12,801 bases of DNA, from positions 1 through 12,801 of IMG/VR virus record IMGVR_UViG_2563366845_000007, one strand, 5' to 3'. A model generated the notes under the pieces. It had not been told where the DNA came from, did not search any database, and worked only from the letters and a program-made list of their open reading frames with translations. Positions 9,175 to 12,801 of the stretch are shown in pieces. Source of the DNA: a virus. Its lineage: Duplodnaviria > Heunggongvirae > Uroviricota > Caudoviricetes. The stretch's first letter is position 1. Each line of letters opens with the position of its first letter. The translations under genes were made by a program, and so were the position numbers.

Positions 9175-11532
9175 ATGGCAGCAGTAAAAATCTCAGGTGT
9201 GCTGAAAGATGGTGCGGGAAAACCAATACAGAACTGCACTATTCAACTGAAGGCAAAGCGTAACAGCACCACGGTACTGGTGAACACGGTGGCTTCTGAA
9301 AATCCGGATGAAGCCGGGCGTTACAGCATGGACGTTGAGTATGGTCAGTACAGCGTCATCCTGCTGGTTGAAGGTTTTCTGCCTTCACATGCCGGGACCA
9401 TTACCGTCTATGAAGGCTCCAGACCAGGTACGCTGAATGATTTTCTCGGTGCCATGACGGAAGATGATGTCATGCCGGAGGCATTGCGTCGTTTTGAGGC
9501 AATGGTGGAAGAAGCGGCACGCAACGCCGAAGCCGCCTCTCAGAGCGCAGCGGCGGCAAAGAAATCCGAAACTGCAGCGGCATCATCGAAGAACGCGGCG
9601 AAAACCTCAGAAACGAATGCAGCTAATAGTGCACAGGCGGCAGCGACCTCACAGACTTCATCAGCAAACTCCGCGACAGCAGCCAAAAAATCAGAAACCA
9701 ACGCGAAAAATAGCGAGACAGCCGCAAAGACGAGCGAAACCAACGCGAAGTCCAGCCAGACGGCAGCGAAAACCAGCGAAACGAATGCCAAAGCCAGTGA
9801 AACTGCGGCGAAAAGCAGTCAGGATGCAGCAGCCGAAAGCGAGAGTGCTGCAGCTGGTTCTGCGACTTCAGCAGCTGGATCAGCAACTGCTGCGGCTAAC
9901 AGCCAGAAAGCCGCGAAGACGAGCGAAACTAACGCAAAGTCCAGCCAGACGGCAGCGAAGACCAGCGAAACGAATGCCAAAGCCAGCGAAACTGCGGCGA
10001 AAAACAGTCAGGATGCAGCAGCCCAAAGCGAGAGTGCCGCAGCTGGTTCTGCAACAGCGGCAGCTAATAGCCAAAAAGCTGCAAAAACCAGTGAAACTAA
10101 CGCAAAGACGAGTGAAACAAAAGCAGCAGCCAGCGAGACAGAAGCAACGTCAGCCGCAACAAGAGCAGAGAATGCAGCCCGGATTGCAGAAGATGCCGCT
10201 GATCCTGCTTCTGTCCCTCCGCTTCCTGATATCTGGCTACCCTTGAATGATTCTCTGGAAGCGATAACAGGGTATGCCCCGGGCTATAAAACAATAACCA
10301 TCGGCAGTGATGAAATAACAATGCCTGTTAATGGCATATGCCAATTTAGCCGGGCTTCATCTGCAACGTATATTGATAAGTCCGGGCATATTACCGTGGC
10401 AGGGAATAACGTTCCTCGTTTTGAAAAATATGGTTTGCTGATAGAGAATCAGCGAACAAACATGTTCGTAAATAGTTTTAATCCTGATGCCTGGAATAAA
10501 AGCGGTGGTATATCTGTAACATCATCAACAGATGAATTTGAGTTTAAATATGGACGTTTCACGGTAGGAAGCGATATAGCAGGAACGACAACAGGGCGAA
10601 ATATATGCACAGTTGCTGGTAACAAAGGCATAGATGTGACTGGCGATGATCAGTACAGTAAAGGTCCGTATGTTACCGCGTCGTTCAGGGTAAGAAGTGA
10701 TCTCAATGTTCGCGCACGTATCCGTTTTGAACGGTATAACTCGGAAGGATACACCTTCCTTTGCGACGCCTATTTGTCATTACAGACCCATGAACTACAA
10801 ATTACTGGTGGCAATGCCCAGCTATTAACAGCAAACTTTGAAATCGATCCAGGTAGTGGATGGATATATTTTCAGGCAACACTGAAATGTCTGCCAGAAT
10901 GGGGAATGGTTGGTACGCAGCTGCAAATTGCAGCCGACAGAGCTGTGGGGTCTTTTGCAACAGGTGACTGGATAGAAGTAACCACCCCGCAATTCGAGTA
11001 TGGTGCTTGTGCAACTTCCTTCATCATAACGACAACTGAGCCAGCGACTCGTGCATCAGATTTATGTAAATTTCCGCTGATGAAAAATATGTATACCATG
11101 CCTTTTACGTTCATGGTGGAAGTCCATAAAAACTGGTTTATTTCTCATAATGCGGCACCGCGTGTCATTGATTCAGAAAATCACCAGTCCGGAGGCCCAT
11201 TTATTATGGGGTTTGGTTCTTCTGGAACTATTAGTCAGGACGGTTATTCGTATTGCGATATAGGCGGGGCTAACCGGCGTGTATATGAGTCATGCGGAGT
11301 AAGAGATCTTGTTATGGGATTCAGGGTTAAGGCTGACGGCATGACATGCTCATTTGCAAATAAGCATATAAGCACAGAAACAAAAACAGTATGGAAATAT
11401 ATTCGTGAAGCTGCTGTGATTCGTATCGGGGGACAAACGACGACAGGATTACGACACCTTAATGGTCATATAAAAAACCTCCGTTTCTGGAACAGAGCAT
11501 TGTCAGATACGCAGCTTAAGGAATACGTATAA
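9175..11532 (+). CDS. Side tail fiber protein, mosaic: Stf-like N-terminal domain, Ala/Ser/Thr-rich repeat shaft, LamG/concanavalin-like C-terminal putative receptor-binding domain (785 aa from ATG 9175)
   Basis: The ORF-track frame opens at GTG 9169; ATG at 9175 gives MAAVKISGVLKDG..., resembling the lambda Stf N-terminus (from memory), with GGAGTGG just upstream. Residues around 120-330 are repeats of the AAKTSETNAKSSQTAAK type. The C-terminus ends HLNGHIKNLRFWNRALSDTQLKEYV, a signature typical of LamG/ConA-like jelly-roll lectin domains. The C-terminal half is clearly more AT-rich than the N-terminus. Confidence 0.85.
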   Translation: MAAVKISGVLKDGAGKPIQNCTIQLKAKRNSTTVLVNTVASENPDEAGRYSMDVEYGQYSVILLVEGFLPSHAGTITVYEGSRPGTLNDFLGAMTEDDVMPEALRRFEAMVEEAARNAEAASQSAAAAKKSETAAASSKNAAKTSETNAANSAQAAATSQTSSANSATAAKKSETNAKNSETAAKTSETNAKSSQTAAKTSETNAKASETAAKSSQDAAAESESAAAGSATSAAGSATAAANSQKAAKTSETNAKSSQTAAKTSETNAKASETAAKNSQDAAAQSESAAAGSATAAANSQKAAKTSETNAKTSETKAAASETEATSAATRAENAARIAEDAADPASVPPLPDIWLPLNDSLEAITGYAPGYKTITIGSDEITMPVNGICQFSRASSATYIDKSGHITVAGNNVPRFEKYGLLIENQRTNMFVNSFNPDAWNKSGGISVTSSTDEFEFKYGRFTVGSDIAGTTTGRNICTVAGNKGIDVTGDDQYSKGPYVTASFRVRSDLNVRARIRFERYNSEGYTFLCDAYLSLQTHELQITGGNAQLLTANFEIDPGSGWIYFQATLKCLPEWGMVGTQLQIAADRAVGSFATGDWIEVTTPQFEYGACATSFIITTTEPATRASDLCKFPLMKNMYTMPFTFMVEVHKNWFISHNAAPRVIDSENHQSGGPFIMGFGSSGTISQDGYSYCDIGGANRRVYESCGVRDLVMGFRVKADGMTCSFANKHISTETKTVWKYIREAAVIRIGGQTTTGLRHLNGHIKNLRFWNRALSDTQLKEYV
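9721..10080 (+). repeat. In-frame tandem duplication inside the fiber shaft (copy A about 9721-9909, copy B about 9910-10080)
   Basis: Copy A (gccgcaaagacgagcgaaaccaacgcgaag...) and copy B (gccgcgaagacgagcgaaactaacgcaaag...) align with roughly 10 mismatches over about 147 nt. Copy A carries an extra 21-nt internal mini-duplication (GSATSAAGSATAA vs GSATAA). Degenerate copies of the same unit flank both sides (9540-9720 and 10081-10140). Confidence 0.8.
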
Positions 11533-11801
11533 TGCGGGATATAACATTACGATTCGATAACAGAGAACAGTTTAACGCAATTGTATATGACAGTGGCCTG
11601 TTCAGTCTTGAAGAAGAAAACGGGGTTCTTGTTGATGTTATTGGCTGCATTATTGATTACGAGGAGCCAGAAAACGAAAGATGTACAGGCATTGATCGCG
11701 GTGGTTTTTTCGTAAACATGAGGATTGTTGATGGCAGTAAAAACATATCTTCTTTAATGCCTTTCATTACGACAGATCAGCATGTAAGGACATGGGCTTA
11801 A
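11532..11801 (+). CDS. Hypothetical small acidic protein, 89 aa, translationally coupled to the fiber gene
   Basis: The ATG overlaps the fiber stop by 1 nt (TAATG at 11530-11534), with AAGGAA 9 nt upstream. No recognisable motif; acidic (many D/E) and AT-rich. Its position suggests a fiber accessory or assembly factor, but this is unproven. Confidence 0.55.
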   Translation: MRDITLRFDNREQFNAIVYDSGLFSLEEENGVLVDVIGCIIDYEEPENERCTGIDRGGFFVNMRIVDGSKNISSLMPFITTDQHVRTWA

Positions 11802-11813
11802 TGGAGTAAGACA

Positions 11814-12497
11814 ATGGTTACAAAAACAGTAATTCCGGGAGACATCACCACGCTAAAGGGAGATATTTCCTCAATTAACGGAAAAGTATCAACGCTTCAG
11901 ACTGAGATGACCAGTGCAAAGCAGGATATCAGCTCCAGATACACAAAAACTGAAGTTGATAATAAGCTGAAAAACAAAGTGGAAGTGAACGATCTGGAAA
12001 GTGGTCGTTATGGTGGAGATTTTTACCCGCTGACTGGCCGTGAAGCGTTTTATTTATGGAATTTGGGCACGACTACAGCGGCGGCAAACCTTTATCTTAA
12101 TCCTGACCCTGCAATTTCGTCTGTACTGCGGTCAACATCGTCTATTCGCTATAAACATTCAGTAGAGACGATAGATTCAGAGCACGCCGCTCTCATTTTC
12201 AGGATGCGCCCTGTGTGGTACAGGTCGCAATGCGAAAATGACAGGCATGACTGGGGATTCTACGGATTGATTGCCGAGGAAGTAGGAGAAATTGCCCCTC
12301 AGTTTGTACACTGGCGACCAGCTAACGAAGATGATGCTCCTGAAGCTATTTCCAGCAATGGCCTTGTTGCCGAAGGTGTAATGTACGAACGTCTGGTTGT
12401 TCCACTGATTCACCATATCCAGAAACTGACTGAAAGAGTTGATGAACTTGAGTCAGAATTGAAGTTGTTATCAACTTCCCGAAGCGATATCGGATAA
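11814..12497 (+). CDS. Hypothetical protein, 227 aa: N-terminal coiled-coil-like segment plus C-terminal domain resembling the peptidase S74 intramolecular chaperone of tail fibers/endosialidases
   Basis: RBS GGAG 7 nt upstream of the ATG. Residues 105-119 (RSTSSIRYKHSVETI) fit the S-x-x-R-x-K autoproteolysis motif (putative Ser109/Lys114). Downstream WGFYGLIAEEVGEIAPQFV and a C-terminal amphipathic helix (VVPLIHHIQKLTERVDELESELKLL) match the conserved layout of that domain. The assignment is from motif recall, not a search. Confidence 0.65.
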   Translation: MVTKTVIPGDITTLKGDISSINGKVSTLQTEMTSAKQDISSRYTKTEVDNKLKNKVEVNDLESGRYGGDFYPLTGREAFYLWNLGTTTAAANLYLNPDPAISSVLRSTSSIRYKHSVETIDSEHAALIFRMRPVWYRSQCENDRHDWGFYGLIAEEVGEIAPQFVHWRPANEDDAPEAISSNGLVAEGVMYERLVVPLIHHIQKLTERVDELESELKLLSTSRSDIG

Positions 12498-12507
12498 AGG
12501 AGGAGTA

Positions 12508-12801
12508 ATGGATATAACACCTTTTCTTCATGCGCTTTGTGCTGTGGCTGCGCAGGTACTGATTGGCCTTTTTACCGGAAACTGGGCTTACGGTGCGATA
12601 GCCGGTTGTACGTTCTTCATTGCGCGTGAACACACCCAGGCAGAATATCGCTGGATTGAAATGTTCGGGCATGGCAAGCGAATGAATATGCCGTGGTGGG
12701 GCGGTTTTGATCCGCGCGCATGGGATGTGGCAAGCCTGATGGATTTTGCTGTGCCGGTGGTGGCGTGTCTGCTGGTCTGGCTGTTGGTTAATCGTGGGTG
12801 A
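12508..12801 (+). CDS. Hypothetical small membrane protein, 97 aa, two predicted hydrophobic segments
   Basis: Strong RBS AAGGAGG 5 nt upstream of the ATG. Hydrophobic stretches LHALCAVAAQVLIGLFTGNWAYGAIAGCTFFIA and VASLMDFAVPVVACLLVWLLV flank a polar loop (REHTQAEYRWIEMFGHGKRMNMPWWGGFDPRAWD). No lipobox. The stop codon is the last three bases of the window. Confidence 0.6.
   Translation: MDITPFLHALCAVAAQVLIGLFTGNWAYGAIAGCTFFIAREHTQAEYRWIEMFGHGKRMNMPWWGGFDPRAWDVASLMDFAVPVVACLLVWLLVNRG

Noticed and set aside
9540-10140. Possible CRISPR array or non-coding repeat
   Set aside because: The repeats are in-frame within a continuous 785-aa ORF, lack unique spacers between direct repeats, and encode a typical fiber-shaft peptide repeat.
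9464-10246. 260-aa + strand ORF in another frame (Arg/Lys/Gln/Pro-rich), plus minus-strand ORFs 9540-9791, 9623-9886, 9880-10074 and 10097-10321
   Set aside because: These are frame-shifted or antisense readings of the fiber's repetitive GCN/AAR-rich shaft DNA. Their extreme low-complexity composition and complete overlap with the fiber gene argue against real genes.
1-12801. The window being wild-type phage lambda itself
   Set aside because: H through I match lambda in length and arrangement, but J (1159 vs 1132 aa), Lom (199 vs 206 aa) and the whole side-fiber locus differ from what I recall of lambda. This is better described as a lambdoid relative or prophage with an exchanged distal fiber module.

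Overview
This window is the distal tail-assembly region of a lambda-like (lambdoid) siphovirus or prophage, with every supported gene on the + strand. The order is tape measure H, tip proteins M, L, K, I, central fiber/host-specificity protein J, the outer-membrane moron lom flanked by two intrinsic terminators, and a mosaic side tail fiber. Gene order, overlaps (ATGA, TGATG, 103-nt K/I overlap) and protein lengths match phage lambda for H, M, L and I. J (1159 aa) and Lom (199 aa) differ in length from lambda as I recall it, and the side-fiber locus is not lambda stf/tfa. The fiber has an Stf-like N-terminus, an Ala/Ser/Thr-rich repeat shaft with a near-perfect tandem DNA duplication, and an AT-rich C-terminal domain with a LamG/concanavalin-like signature. 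Downstream, three small AT-rich genes appear translationally coupled to the fiber: an 89-aa acidic protein, a 227-aa protein with a putative peptidase-S74-like intramolecular chaperone domain, and a 97-aa membrane protein. This 3' cassette is the least understood part of the window. All identifications rest on reading the translations and recall of the lambda proteins; no database search was possible.
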